64,000 bases of DNA, from contig JAZDDX010000020.1 in assembly GCA_043809315.1 (NCBI GenBank), positions 1 to 64,000 of the forward strand, read 5' to 3'. Numbering within the stretch: position 1 is the first letter of the stretch; each line of letters starts with the position of its first letter. Shown here in pieces: positions 37,431 through 47,137 of the stretch. Source of the DNA: Pseudomonadota bacterium. GTDB lineage: Bacteria > Bdellovibrionota_G > JALEGL01 > DATDPG01. A model generated the notes under the pieces. It ran no database searches. It saw only the letters and a list, made by a program, of their open reading frames with translations, and had not been told where the DNA came from. The translations under genes and the position numbers were made by a program.

Positions 37431-37631
37431 TCAAAATTTCGGATCCGGAAGCGGAATCTCAACCGGATGCAGTCCGTCTGGAATCAGGGCTCTTCCCGCT
37501 CGGTCGATGGAGCGGAGGTCCTTGATCCGGCGTACACTCCGGAGCAAGGCTCCCGCTTCATTTCCCGGAGAGAACGGGTTTTCACGAAATCGTTCCATCA
37601 TCTCGAGATCGAAGTCGTACATGGCTTTCAT
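37431..37631 (-). CDS. Possible small protein translationally coupled to the nuclease gene
   Basis: ATGA overlap with the nuclease stop codon and fills the gap to korA; no recognisable motif. Confidence 0.35.
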   Translation of the reverse strand: MKAMYDFDLEMMERFRENPFSPGNEAGALLRSVRRIKDLRSIDRAGRALIPDGLHPVEIPLPDPKF

Positions 37632-38332
37632 AAGACCCCGCAGTTCATCCGCTGCGAATCAAAGGGGAGTCCGGCCCGGCAGAATTGGTACTCCAGGAGT
37701 CGTCCGGTGACGCATTCGTTTTCACTGAACTCTTCGAAGGAGACCCCGGACCCGACATTCACCGAACAATGCGAGGAGGTTCCACCGGAGGGACATCCCT
37801 GCGTGTCGATTTCGCATTTGGTCCGCTCCCACTCCTCTTGTCGTTCCGGATTACGGAAGATCCACGGCGGCTCCGGATCGGAGTCCTGCCAGATCCCGAT
37901 CCCGGCCTTCCTTGCCTCCGCTTCGTACCGCGCTGCCAGCGTCAGCGTCGGATAGTGCTCGGTGTACCACCAAGCCCATCCGTTCCGGATCATCTCTGCG
38001 TTGATGTTGGTGCCGTCCCGCAGGTAGATGATGCCGACCGTTCTCCCGTATTTATCGGTCGTCTCGATCTCGACGGTCACCCATTGTCGATCGATGAGGC
38101 CGATCAGGAACTGCTTCGCTTCCTCGCCGCCCGCCTGCCCCCCTTTTCCCGGATGATCGATCTCCGGGGCGTCGATTCCGCCGAAACGGACTTTGACCTG
38201 CTTTCCCGCGTTGGAAACCGCAATCGTATCCCCGTCGGAGATGCGCAAGACCGGGCCGGAAAAACTGACGGCGAACGCCGAAGACCAATGGAGCGTGCAG
38301 ACGCAGAGCGCCCCCCGAACGACTCGTTTCAT
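37628..38332 (-). CDS. Secreted thermonuclease (SNase family) with a Cys-rich C-terminal extension
   Basis: Signal-like N-terminus, ISDGDTI, VRFGGIDAPE, DKYGR, INAEMIRNGWAW, EAEAR..GIGIW, PPW.FR; GGAGG RBS. Confidence 0.9.
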   Translation of the reverse strand: MKRVVRGALCVCTLHWSSAFAVSFSGPVLRISDGDTIAVSNAGKQVKVRFGGIDAPEIDHPGKGGQAGGEEAKQFLIGLIDRQWVTVEIETTDKYGRTVGIIYLRDGTNINAEMIRNGWAWWYTEHYPTLTLAARYEAEARKAGIGIWQDSDPEPPWIFRNPERQEEWERTKCEIDTQGCPSGGTSSHCSVNVGSGVSFEEFSENECVTGRLLEYQFCRAGLPFDSQRMNCGVL

Positions 38333-38364
38333 GCCTCCCCCTCCTCCGAAGAAACTTGAACTGC

Positions 38365-38386
38365 CCCCCTCATATCAAGGAGGGGG
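38365..38386. repeat. GC-rich intergenic hairpin (REP-like or RNA-stability element)
   Basis: CCCCCTC-ATATCAAG-GAGGGGG, with alternative pairing to GGGGGC near 38408-13; single copy; no U-tract. Confidence 0.35.
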
Positions 38387-38441
38387 TTCCTCCGAAAGGG
38401 GCACGTAGGGGGCGGCTACGAATCCGGAAAACGGTGCGGCG

Positions 38442-38780
38442 TCAGCTTCCCACGGGGCGTTTCCCCTTGATCATGACGAGAAGCATCTTGAAGGCGGTCT
38501 CCGCCTGAACCGCGTGGGGCACGTTCGCCGGCATGATGATCATCTGCCCGGCACTCAGGTGGTTTTCCACCCCCCCCACCATGATCATAGCGCGACCTTC
38601 CACTACCGCAACGAAGGCATCGTAGGGAGCGGAATGCGGGCTCAACACCTCTCCTTCCGCGAAGGCAAAGAAGGTGATGTTCCCCGCCTCCGATTGGATC
38701 ACCGACCGACTGACGATCGCTCCTTCCGAATAGTCGGACAATCCGGCGAGCGCGAGAGGGGTTGAATCGGGGACTTTCAT
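38442..38780 (-). CDS. Cupin domain protein
   Basis: GAIVSR...ITFFAF.EG..LSPHSAP.DA...VEG...G..IIMPANVPHAV.A...FKMLL. Confidence 0.88.
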   Translation of the reverse strand: MKVPDSTPLALAGLSDYSEGAIVSRSVIQSEAGNITFFAFAEGEVLSPHSAPYDAFVAVVEGRAMIMVGGVENHLSAGQMIIMPANVPHAVQAETAFKMLLVMIKGKRPVGS

Positions 38781-38842
38781 GGGAGTCTTTCCGCCGAAGC
38801 TTTCACTCGGACGAGGCGATGATTCTTCGGCTACGTCAGAAC

Positions 38843-39034
38843 TTACTTCGAAACTTTCTTTTCGATCGAATGCAGAAGCATGACGATCGTGATCAAAAAC
38901 CACGTATCAGCCGACTGCAAGAGCTTTGCCGGCGTGACGCCCCAGAAGTGCCATTCCAACGGAACCGAGATGGCCGCCAGGATCATGCAAAGAACGCCGA
39001 TGTAGAACGCGAGACGAGAACCGGTGAATTCCAT
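38843..39034 (-). CDS. Small membrane protein (2 TM)
   Basis: GGAGG RBS; two hydrophobic segments flanking WGVTP. Confidence 0.6.
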   Translation of the reverse strand: MEFTGSRLAFYIGVLCMILAAISVPLEWHFWGVTPAKLLQSADTWFLITIVMLLHSIEKKVSK

Positions 39035-39129
39035 TTTCAAAACCCTCCAGACGAATGTAGATGCCCGTGGTACCGCTCGGTTTATTGTACGGACTTTTGA
39101 GGAGAATCGACAAGTTGGACCGGTTGCGC

Positions 39130-39870
39130 TTACGGGTCCTCGGGGAACGGCATCGGATGATAGCTGCCGGCGTACGGCCCGGCCTTCTTGAAATCCCGGA
39201 CCACGTTGTACAGTGTCGTAGAATCCTCTTTCTTCATACGTTCCAGAACCTCAAGGAAGAGAGTGCGGATCCCCGGCCCCGGGTTCCGAAGCGACGCGGC
39301 CAGCGAAGGATCCCGCAGCAGCGCTTTCTGCTTTACATAGTCGACCATGCTCGAGGTGTTGAGATAGATGTGGACCGGTTGAAACACCAGCACCTTGAGC
39401 CCCGGATTGTCGAGGCGAAGAACCGACAGATCGAAGTTTCGCTCGTAGCCGATCAGGTGAACGTCGTCCGACCAATAGATCGGGATCCGGACCAGCCCCG
39501 TCCAGTCGTAGAACGGTTCGAGGCTGTGCTGGAGAAAGAGCAGATCGTTCGAAAGATATTCCAACCCGGAGCGGTGGAAGAGCTCCAGAAGGCCGTGGTG
39601 ATAGTAGAGCCAGTGAACCCGGATCCCCTTCGATCCGGGAAAGAGCTTCAAAACCTCTTTGAGTCGTGATGCTTCGTCACTGAGCTTCAGGAGATTCGGA
39701 AGAATCGCGATTTCGGTTCCCGTTCTGCTTGCGAGTTTTCGGATCATCGAACTCTTGTGCGTTGAAAAGACTGTGACGGGAATGGTGACGTCTGCGAGAA
39801 GTCGATCGAGATCCTCCAGAACGAAATCCGGTGCCCAGTCGATATCGAACGTCAGATGAAGACGGCCCAT
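39130..39870 (-). CDS. Polysaccharide deacetylase, WbmS-like
   Basis: LTFDIDWAPDFV, TVFSTH, PIYWSDD. His residues usual in this fold appear replaced (ILPN, FQPVH). Confidence 0.7.
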   Translation of the reverse strand: MGRLHLTFDIDWAPDFVLEDLDRLLADVTIPVTVFSTHKSSMIRKLASRTGTEIAILPNLLKLSDEASRLKEVLKLFPGSKGIRVHWLYYHHGLLELFHRSGLEYLSNDLLFLQHSLEPFYDWTGLVRIPIYWSDDVHLIGYERNFDLSVLRLDNPGLKVLVFQPVHIYLNTSSMVDYVKQKALLRDPSLAASLRNPGPGIRTLFLEVLERMKKEDSTTLYNVVRDFKKAGPYAGSYHPMPFPEDP

Positions 39871-39901
39871 AGGTCGGGAAGGATACCCCCCGGACCCGAA
39901 T

Positions 39902-40504
39902 CTAACCAGATTTGCGGCGGGCGATCAGGCGGTAGGAAAACCCGAAGCTCTGCGACTTCCGACTCAGATCGAATCCGGCTGCATCGAGAAACGGTAACGG
40001 ATTCGCGGCAAAATCGCAGGAGTGGCGCGCCCCCCACGCCCGAAAGAGACGGTTCAGCCAGGCCGGGGCCGAACGGTTGAGCGTGAAATCGACGATGCCG
40101 ATCCGCCCTGCCGGCGACAGGGAGGCAAGTACGTTCTCGAGTGCCTTTCGGCGATCCGGAATCGCGGAGAACGAGTATGAAAAGAGAACCGCATCGAACG
40201 GACCTCCCTCCGGAATCCCGGCCGAAGCATCCCCCTGGATCAGTCGGACGTTCGGCGGGAATCTGCCTCGGGCGGCTTCGGCCAGCATCCCCCGACTTAA
40301 CTCCAACCCGACCACCACCCCACCGACTCCCACGGCATCCGCCATGAACGGCAGGTTCCAGCCGGTCCCGCAGCCGATCTCAAGCGCTTTCTCCCCCTCT
40401 TTCAGGGCCAATTCGGAAAGGAGCTTCCCTCTCCCCCGGAGGAAAGGGCGCCGACTCCACTCGTAGTTCCGGGCCTCTGCGTCATAAAAATGAGCCGAGA
40501 CCAT
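39902..40504 (-). CDS. Class I SAM-dependent methyltransferase, BtaB/UbiE-like
   Basis: LEIGCGTGWN, GDA, FDAVLFSYSFSAIPD, GRIGIVDF; start uncertain. Confidence 0.82.
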   Translation of the reverse strand: MVSAHFYDAEARNYEWSRRPFLRGRGKLLSELALKEGEKALEIGCGTGWNLPFMADAVGVGGVVVGLELSRGMLAEAARGRFPPNVRLIQGDASAGIPEGGPFDAVLFSYSFSAIPDRRKALENVLASLSPAGRIGIVDFTLNRSAPAWLNRLFRAWGARHSCDFAANPLPFLDAAGFDLSRKSQSFGFSYRLIARRKSG

Positions 40505-40591
40505 TTTCTTCCAACGATTTCGAATAGCTGGACCTCTTTTTTCCGCTGTGTATATTTCCCCTAATTCTAATCCCCGCACAAGGAGATGCTC

Positions 40592-42634
40592 ATGGAGAAT
40601 AAAGGGTTCAAGCCGTTCGTACCTTCTGATTCGAAGATGTCGGAATTCACGATCACCGCGCTGGTCCTCGGCTTGGTCATGACCGTGATCCTGGGCGCGG
40701 CCAACGCGTACCTAGGCCTGAAGGCCGGAATGACGATTGCAGCGACGTATCCAGCAGCCGTCATCAGCATGGCGGTGCTCCGCTTCTTTAAAGGGTCGAT
40801 CCTCGAGGAAAACTTCGCTCGAACCGTCGGTTCGATCGGGGAATCGGTGGCGGCCGGGGCGATCTTCACGATCCCCGCCTTCGCGATCCTCGGTCTCTGG
40901 AAATTCGACGGCGTAAAAGACTACCTCAGCGCCACGGCGCTCATGGTAGTCGGCAGCATCCTCGGAATCCTTTTCGTTACGATCCTCCGCCGCGTGATGG
41001 TGGAAGACCCGGATCTCAAATACCCGGAGTCGGTCGCAGCTTCCGAGATCCACAAGGCCGGGCAAAAAGGTGGGGCGGCGGCAAACCAGCTGTTCCAGGC
41101 AATGGGAGTGGGGGCATTCATCCAACTCCTGGCTCAGATGAACTTCTTCGTAGCCTCGAAGGACTTCCTCCTCCGTGTCGGTGAAATGGGCACAAGTTTC
41201 GTTCGCCTGGGAGCGAAGAAGACAGCGTTTCCGGTGGAAGCGGGGGGGGTCACGAGCTTCTCCGCCCCCGCCGTTTCGCCTGCCTATTTCGGCGTCGGTT
41301 ACATCATCGGCCCGGAACTGGGCTCCCTGAACTTCGCCGGCAGCCTTCTCGCATGGGGTCTTATGATCCCGATGTTGATCTTCTTCCTCGGGCCGAATGT
41401 CATTGACGGCTTCGCGAAGGCACAGGGGATGAATCCGGCCGATCTCGGAACGTGGGCGAGTCTCACAACCGCGGTCTGGAAGTTCATCGTCCGTCCGATC
41501 GCGGTGGGCGGAATGATGGTCGGTGCCTGCTACACCCTCTTCAAGATGAGAAAGAACCTCGGCGCGGGACTCAAACGAGCGGTCGGGGATCTCAAGAAAT
41601 CGGCGGAAGCGAAAGCGACCACCATCCGGATCGACCAAGACATCGATTTCAAAACGGTCATGTTCGCGATGATCGCGGTCTTCGCCGCGATGGTGGCGAT
41701 CTACTTTTACTTCGCCGGATCGATCGGAGGCGCTTTTGCGGCCGCGATCGTCATGTTGATCACCGGCTTCTTCTTCGCGGCGGTCTCGGGGACCCTGGTC
41801 GGCATGATCGGGTCGTCGAACAACCCGGTCTCGGGCTTAACGCTCTCGACGCTGATCATTGCGGCGGGGGTGATCGTCATGATCGGCCTGACGGGGGACC
41901 AAGGGATCCTGGCCGTACTCGGAGTCGCGAGCGTCGGCTGCGTCTCAGCCGCGGTGGCCGGCGAGATGCTTCAGGACTTGAAGGTCGGGCACATTCTGGG
42001 AGGAACTCCCAAGAAGATGCAGATCGGCGACCTGATCGGCGCCGTGGTGGCTTCCGCCGTCATGTTCTACCCGCTGATGATCCTCCACAAGTCGAACATC
42101 GCCATGGGCGGGATCGGCTTCGGCGACAAAGCGCTTCCGGCTCCTCAGGCCGGTCTGATGGCGACCCTTTCTTCGGGTATCGTCGGCGGTCAGATGGCTT
42201 GGCCGCTCGTCGTGGCCGGAATCGCGATGGGAATCGCGATGATCATGGTCAAGGTCCGAAGCCCGATGCTCTTTTCCGTCGGGATGTACCTGCCGGTCGA
42301 GACCACCTTCGCGATCTTCGTCGGCGGCCTGATCCGTTGGGGGACCGATTCCCTGGGGAAACGGCGGAAGTACAACGAAGCCCAGAGAACCCGCGTGGAG
42401 AACACCGGGATTCTCGTCGCCTCCGGTTTGATCGCTGGCGAGGCGTTGATGGGACTTCTGGTCGCCACGGTCGTCTTCTGGCGCGACAAACCGTTCTGGA
42501 CACAGGGGATCTACGAGCCATCCGGGATTCTGGCGATGCTCGTCGCCGCGGTTCTAGCGGCGTATTTGATCTTCCGTCCGCTCGGCAAGGCCGGCGCAGC
42601 GGATGAGCCGCCTCCGCCGCAGGCGATCATGTAG
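40592..42634 (+). CDS. Oligopeptide transporter, OPT family
   Basis: [60 protein letters not shown]. Confidence 0.95.
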   Translation: MENKGFKPFVPSDSKMSEFTITALVLGLVMTVILGAANAYLGLKAGMTIAATYPAAVISMAVLRFFKGSILEENFARTVGSIGESVAAGAIFTIPAFAILGLWKFDGVKDYLSATALMVVGSILGILFVTILRRVMVEDPDLKYPESVAASEIHKAGQKGGAAANQLFQAMGVGAFIQLLAQMNFFVASKDFLLRVGEMGTSFVRLGAKKTAFPVEAGGVTSFSAPAVSPAYFGVGYIIGPELGSLNFAGSLLAWGLMIPMLIFFLGPNVIDGFAKAQGMNPADLGTWASLTTAVWKFIVRPIAVGGMMVGACYTLFKMRKNLGAGLKRAVGDLKKSAEAKATTIRIDQDIDFKTVMFAMIAVFAAMVAIYFYFAGSIGGAFAAAIVMLITGFFFAAVSGTLVGMIGSSNNPVSGLTLSTLIIAAGVIVMIGLTGDQGILAVLGVASVGCVSAAVAGEMLQDLKVGHILGGTPKKMQIGDLIGAVVASAVMFYPLMILHKSNIAMGGIGFGDKALPAPQAGLMATLSSGIVGGQMAWPLVVAGIAMGIAMIMVKVRSPMLFSVGMYLPVETTFAIFVGGLIRWGTDSLGKRRKYNEAQRTRVENTGILVASGLIAGEALMGLLVATVVFWRDKPFWTQGIYEPSGILAMLVAAVLAAYLIFRPLGKAGAADEPPPPQAIM

Positions 42635-42651
42635 CGCCGGAGTGGCGTTGC

Positions 42652-44265
42652 GTGGCTGAATTCATCTTCCGGGACCCGTTTCCGACGGGTCCCGGAACTA
42701 CACGGTACCGCCTCCTCACGAAGGATCATCTTTCGGTCGTAGTGTTTGAAGGGATGGAGATCCTCAGGGTCGAACCGGAGGGGTTGAGACTTCTCGCCCG
42801 GGAAGCGTTCCGGGACGTTTCGTTCCTCCTCCGCTCCTCTCACCTTCAACAGATCGCCGCCATCCTCGAAGACCCGGAAGCGTCGGACAACGACCGCGCC
42901 GTAGCGATGGTCATGCTCCGGAATGCGGAGGTCGCCTCCCAATTCGTCCTCCCGTTCTGTCAGGACACCGGCACCGCCACAGTGATCGCCAAGAAGGGGC
43001 AGCAGATCTGGACGAAAGGGAGCGACGAAGAGCCGATTTCGCAGGGGATCTTCGACACGTATCAGAACGAGAACCTCCGTTATTCCCAGACCGTGCCGCT
43101 CGACATGTACGAGGAGAAGAACTCCGGCACGAACCTCCCGGCCCAGATCGACCTCTTCGCGACCGGCGGGATGAAGTACGAATTCCTGTTCGTCGCAAAA
43201 GGGGGAGGATCGGCCAACAAGACCTCCCTCTTTCAGGAGACCAAGGCGGTCTTAACCCCCGAGAGTCTGGAGCGGTTCCTCACCGCCAAGATGAAGACGC
43301 TCGGCACGGCGGCCTGTCCTCCGTACCATCTCGCGTTCGCGATCGGCGGAACGTCGGCGGATCAGACGCTCAAAACCGTGAAGCTCGCGACGACCGGCTT
43401 CTACGATCATCTTCCGACGTCGGGGGATGATTTCGGTCACGCGTTTCGCGATCCGGAACTCGAGGCAAAACTACTGACCGCCGCACAGAAGAGCGGAATC
43501 GGCGCCCAATTCGGCGGGAAGTACTTCGTTCTCGACGTCCGCGTCATCCGCCTTCCCCGGCACGGCGCCTCCTGTCCGATCGGCATGGCGGTTTCCTGTG
43601 TCGCCGACCGGAACGTGAAGGGGAAGATTGACCGCGACGGAATCTGGCTCGAAGAGTTGGAACGAAACCCGGGGCGTTTGATTCCGGAGAAACTCCGGGG
43701 AAGACAGGGCCACACCGCCGTCAAGATCGACCTTGCGCGCCCGATGGATGAGATCCGGGCCGAGTTGACTCGACACCCGATCCGAACGCTTTTGTCCCTC
43801 ACCGGAACCCTGATCGTCGCACGCGACATCGCGCATGCGAAGATCAAGGAACGGCTCGATCAGGGGAAGGGGTTGCCCCCGTACTTCAAGAATCACCCGA
43901 TCTATTACGCGGGCCCGGCCAAAACTCCGAAAGGGATGCCATCCGGATCGTTCGGACCGACCACGGCGGGGCGGATGGATGCGTACGTCGATCTCTTCCA
44001 GTCCCACGGCGGATCGCTCGTCATGATCGCCAAAGGAAACCGGAGCCAGGCGGTGACCGACGCCTGCAAGAAACATGGGGGGTTCTATCTCGGTTCGATC
44101 GGGGGCCCCGCGGCTCTCTTAGCCCAAGAGCACATCAAAAAGGTCGAACTCCTGGAGTATCCCGAGCTGGGGATGGAGGCGATCTACAAGATTGAGGTCG
44201 TCGATTTTCCGACGTTCATCCTCGTCGACGACAAAGGGAACGATTTCTTCGCTTCCTACTTCTGA
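42652..44265 (+). CDS. fumA: Class I (Fe-S) fumarate hydratase
   Basis: [52 protein letters not shown]. Confidence 0.96.
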   Translation: MAEFIFRDPFPTGPGTTRYRLLTKDHLSVVVFEGMEILRVEPEGLRLLAREAFRDVSFLLRSSHLQQIAAILEDPEASDNDRAVAMVMLRNAEVASQFVLPFCQDTGTATVIAKKGQQIWTKGSDEEPISQGIFDTYQNENLRYSQTVPLDMYEEKNSGTNLPAQIDLFATGGMKYEFLFVAKGGGSANKTSLFQETKAVLTPESLERFLTAKMKTLGTAACPPYHLAFAIGGTSADQTLKTVKLATTGFYDHLPTSGDDFGHAFRDPELEAKLLTAAQKSGIGAQFGGKYFVLDVRVIRLPRHGASCPIGMAVSCVADRNVKGKIDRDGIWLEELERNPGRLIPEKLRGRQGHTAVKIDLARPMDEIRAELTRHPIRTLLSLTGTLIVARDIAHAKIKERLDQGKGLPPYFKNHPIYYAGPAKTPKGMPSGSFGPTTAGRMDAYVDLFQSHGGSLVMIAKGNRSQAVTDACKKHGGFYLGSIGGPAALLAQEHIKKVELLEYPELGMEAIYKIEVVDFPTFILVDDKGNDFFASYF

Positions 44266-45881
44266 CAGGCGACGCGAACCTGACCGATCTTCGAACTGTC
44301 GGCCTCGGACCAGGTGGCGCACAACTTTCCGCCGTACGAGAAGAGCGGTGAACCCCCCGAGTCGTGGGTCGGATCGGCGTTCAACCCGTTGCTCCCGCCA
44401 CCGTCCGCGTTGGACCAGAGAGGGGTGCCTCCGGTTCCGTTGAACAGCCGGACCCGCGTTTGCCAAAACCCCGCCGCGTTCTGCTCGAAAATTGACGCGT
44501 ACAACTTCGAGGCCACCACCGTCATCCGGGGGCCGATCGCCTTGGCCGAGGTGTCCTTGTTAATTCCCTTGTCGGCGTCGTTCCCGTCAACGAATGTCCA
44601 ACTCGGGGAGGCGTCGTTCCCGTTGTACGAAGCGATCCTCACCTGATCCGCTGGCGAAGTGGACACGAACGGCTCGGTCCACCCCGCATACATGACCCCG
44701 CCAAGGTCAACCAGGTCGACGAACCGCGCCGCACGCGTGCCGACGCGATTAAGACCGGTCGCCGACACATCTACCGAGGTCCAGGATGGGGCGCTGTCGT
44801 CGCCGCCATATTTTTTGACCCGGACATGGAACAATCCATCGGCTGCTTTCTCCTCCCACCCCACGTAGAGCTTGGAGTTTACGACGGCGATCGCCGGGAT
44901 CACTGCGACCTTGGTCACGTCGTAATTGATCCCAAGATTGTCTGGAGTCGTTTTCTCAATATACTTCCAACTAGTTCCGTTATAGACCGCCACGCGGATC
45001 TGCCAGACGTCGCCCGAACTCGAATGGTCATCAGTCTGGTTGTCGTCTTCCACCCAGGCCACGTACAATTTGTTGTTGAAGACGGTCATGACCGGGAGCT
45101 CGGCTCCGTCTGCGAGCGGGAACCAGTTCATCCCCACCCCACCGGAAGTCTGGGCTGCAGAAACGCTCGTCCAGGATGTTCCGTCGAACTTCTTCACATA
45201 GACCCAGCCCGAACGGTCTTTCGGCCCTTCCTCCCAAATGGCATAGAGGTTGGAGTTCCACGTCGCGAGCTTCGGGACGCGTGCATCGATGGTGAGCCCG
45301 ACGTTGATCCCGCCGCCGTCGACAAAAGTCCAACCTGGGTTGCTTGTATCGCCGTTAAATTGAGCGACACGGACCTGGTTATCGAGGACGCCCGGATCCG
45401 TTCCGGCATGTTCCATCCAGGCGACGTAAAGTTTGGTCCCGTTCACACCGGGGAACGGGAAGATGGCCCCATGAGAGCCGTCCTTGTTGAGGCCGGTGGC
45501 GGAACCGTCGATCAACTGCCACCCCCCGGAATAGGTGAAACCGCCGGTCAACTTCACCGACTGATTGTCCAGATTCGTGACCGCCACGTCGACCAGGGAA
45601 TCGTAGGGAACCGGATAGGCCGCTGTCGTGCAGCCGATTTCGGTCTCCGAGATGACGGTACGCGAACTGCACGGCACGCCCCCCAAGGTCACGGTCGCAC
45701 CACGCAGAAAACCGGTCCCGGTGATCGTCGTGGCAACCCCACCGACCGACGTTCCGAATGCCGGTGAAATCGCCGTGACCGTGAGCGACCCCGATGTTTT
45801 CGAGCAGGTCGACACCGCGACGGCGGAGAAGAGAACCAGGACGAGCAGGCATACGAGACCGCTGGCGGTAAGTCTTTTCAT
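44256..45881 (-). CDS. Exported protein with an IPT/TIG domain and seven ~60-aa repeats (probable beta-propeller)
   Basis: Signal peptide; VTAISP..G...GG...TITGTGF..GATV...VDVAVTN...GGFTY; repeats W..VD...G[IL]N...KLY.AW.E...RV..[YF]NG. Confidence 0.8.
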   Translation of the reverse strand: MKRLTASGLVCLLVLVLFSAVAVSTCSKTSGSLTVTAISPAFGTSVGGVATTITGTGFLRGATVTLGGVPCSSRTVISETEIGCTTAAYPVPYDSLVDVAVTNLDNQSVKLTGGFTYSGGWQLIDGSATGLNKDGSHGAIFPFPGVNGTKLYVAWMEHAGTDPGVLDNQVRVAQFNGDTSNPGWTFVDGGGINVGLTIDARVPKLATWNSNLYAIWEEGPKDRSGWVYVKKFDGTSWTSVSAAQTSGGVGMNWFPLADGAELPVMTVFNNKLYVAWVEDDNQTDDHSSSGDVWQIRVAVYNGTSWKYIEKTTPDNLGINYDVTKVAVIPAIAVVNSKLYVGWEEKAADGLFHVRVKKYGGDDSAPSWTSVDVSATGLNRVGTRAARFVDLVDLGGVMYAGWTEPFVSTSPADQVRIASYNGNDASPSWTFVDGNDADKGINKDTSAKAIGPRMTVVASKLYASIFEQNAAGFWQTRVRLFNGTGGTPLWSNADGGGSNGLNADPTHDSGGSPLFSYGGKLCATWSEADSSKIGQVRVACQK

Positions 45882-45934
45882 GAGGTGCGTTGGTTGATTG
45901 TAGCGCACCGCGTTCACTGTGGAAAGGGCCTTGC

Positions 45935-46543
45935 TTAGGAGCCTTCGAAGTGGACGATCAACCCGCTTCCGGAGGGAAGAGTGACCGGCTCGTCCCCGCG
46001 GAGCCAGACATTAGCGGCCGAAGAAGCTGCACCCACGGCCGCCCCCGCGACAGCACCGGCGGCGACACCGATCAGAGCCCCCTCCCATCCGTGAGAGAGA
46101 CCTCCGATGAGCCCGCCGCTCACCGCTCCGACTCCGGCGCCGATCGCGGCCCCCTTCCCCATCTCTTTCATGTACCGAGCCGTGGAAGGCGTCACAGCGA
46201 TCTGCCCCGTCTGATTCGAGTTGATCTTGACCGGCTGGACCCCTTTGTCCGTCTTGAGTTCCCCGAACGAAGGGGCGAAGAGGACTTTGTTCCCGTCGGT
46301 GATGAAGTATCCCCGGATCTTGCTGTCGATCAAAAGCTGTGTGCCGTCGGTCAGCGTGACCGGCCCGGCCAGCTTCACGACGACCGGACCTTCCGCGGCG
46401 GCGGTGTTGAGCGCTGAATCGAGGAAGACCGGGATCTGCTTCTCACGGAAGAACGGCCCGTCCGGGTTCTCCCGGATCAATTTTGGCCCGGAACAACCCA
46501 ACACAAGAAGACTGACCGCTAACCAGAGCCATTTCGTTCGCAT
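45935..46543 (-). CDS. Lipoprotein with a glycine zipper
   Basis: LVLG-C lipobox; KGAAIGAGVGAVSGGLIG...GALIGVAAGAVAGAAVG. Confidence 0.8.
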   Translation of the reverse strand: MRTKWLWLAVSLLVLGCSGPKLIRENPDGPFFREKQIPVFLDSALNTAAAEGPVVVKLAGPVTLTDGTQLLIDSKIRGYFITDGNKVLFAPSFGELKTDKGVQPVKINSNQTGQIAVTPSTARYMKEMGKGAAIGAGVGAVSGGLIGGLSHGWEGALIGVAAGAVAGAAVGAASSAANVWLRGDEPVTLPSGSGLIVHFEGS

Positions 46544-46552
46544 TCTCTCCCC

Positions 46553-47032
46553 CTACTTGTTCCGTTTTTCGTACGTTCCGATCATCTGGGTTTGGGCCAG
46601 GATCGATCCGGCCATCGCCTTCTCGAGATCTTTTTTCGTGGGAAGGCGGATGCCGGTCAGCCTCTTCGAGAGAGCGTACAGCTTGAAGTAGTACCGATGC
46701 CGGCCGATCGGCGGGCAGGGGCCCCCGTACCCGGTGTTCCCCCAGTCGTTGATCCCCTCCTCGGTTCCTTGGGGCAGTTCCTTCATCGCGACCCCCTCCT
46801 TCAGAGCCTGCGTACCGGTCGGAAGGTTGTAGAGAATCCAGTGGACCCAGGTCATCTTCGGAGCCCTTGGGTCGGGCGCGTCGGGATCGTCGACGATCAG
46901 CGCGTACGCCATCGTCCCCTTGGGCGGATCGTACCAGGAAAGGGCGGGAGAGAGATCCTCCCCTTCGCACGTGTACTTCGACGGGATTTCTTTCTCATGC
47001 GTGAATGCGGTCGATTTGATCGTAAAGGCCAT
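46553..47032 (-). CDS. YbhB/YbcL (PEBP/RKIP-like) protein
   Basis: YTCEGEDLSP, DDPDAP, WVHW, YGGPCPP.GRHRY.F.LYAL. GGAGG before ATG 47032; a longer signal-bearing start at 47104 is possible. Confidence 0.93.
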   Translation of the reverse strand: MAFTIKSTAFTHEKEIPSKYTCEGEDLSPALSWYDPPKGTMAYALIVDDPDAPDPRAPKMTWVHWILYNLPTGTQALKEGVAMKELPQGTEEGINDWGNTGYGGPCPPIGRHRYYFKLYALSKRLTGIRLPTKKDLEKAMAGSILAQTQMIGTYEKRNK

Positions 47033-47137
47033 GGCGGTTCCTCCGGTTGAGGCTCCAGGCAACCACCCCAAAATGAAAGTCACAACAAAAATCATCACAC
47101 CCACAAGGCGGGAGAATCCCCCCCCGCAGGCTCGGCG

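Noticed and set aside
38341-38420. Riboswitch or terminator in the nested GC-rich hairpins
   Set aside because: No aptamer consensus that I recognise and no U-tract; kept only as a low-confidence hairpin.
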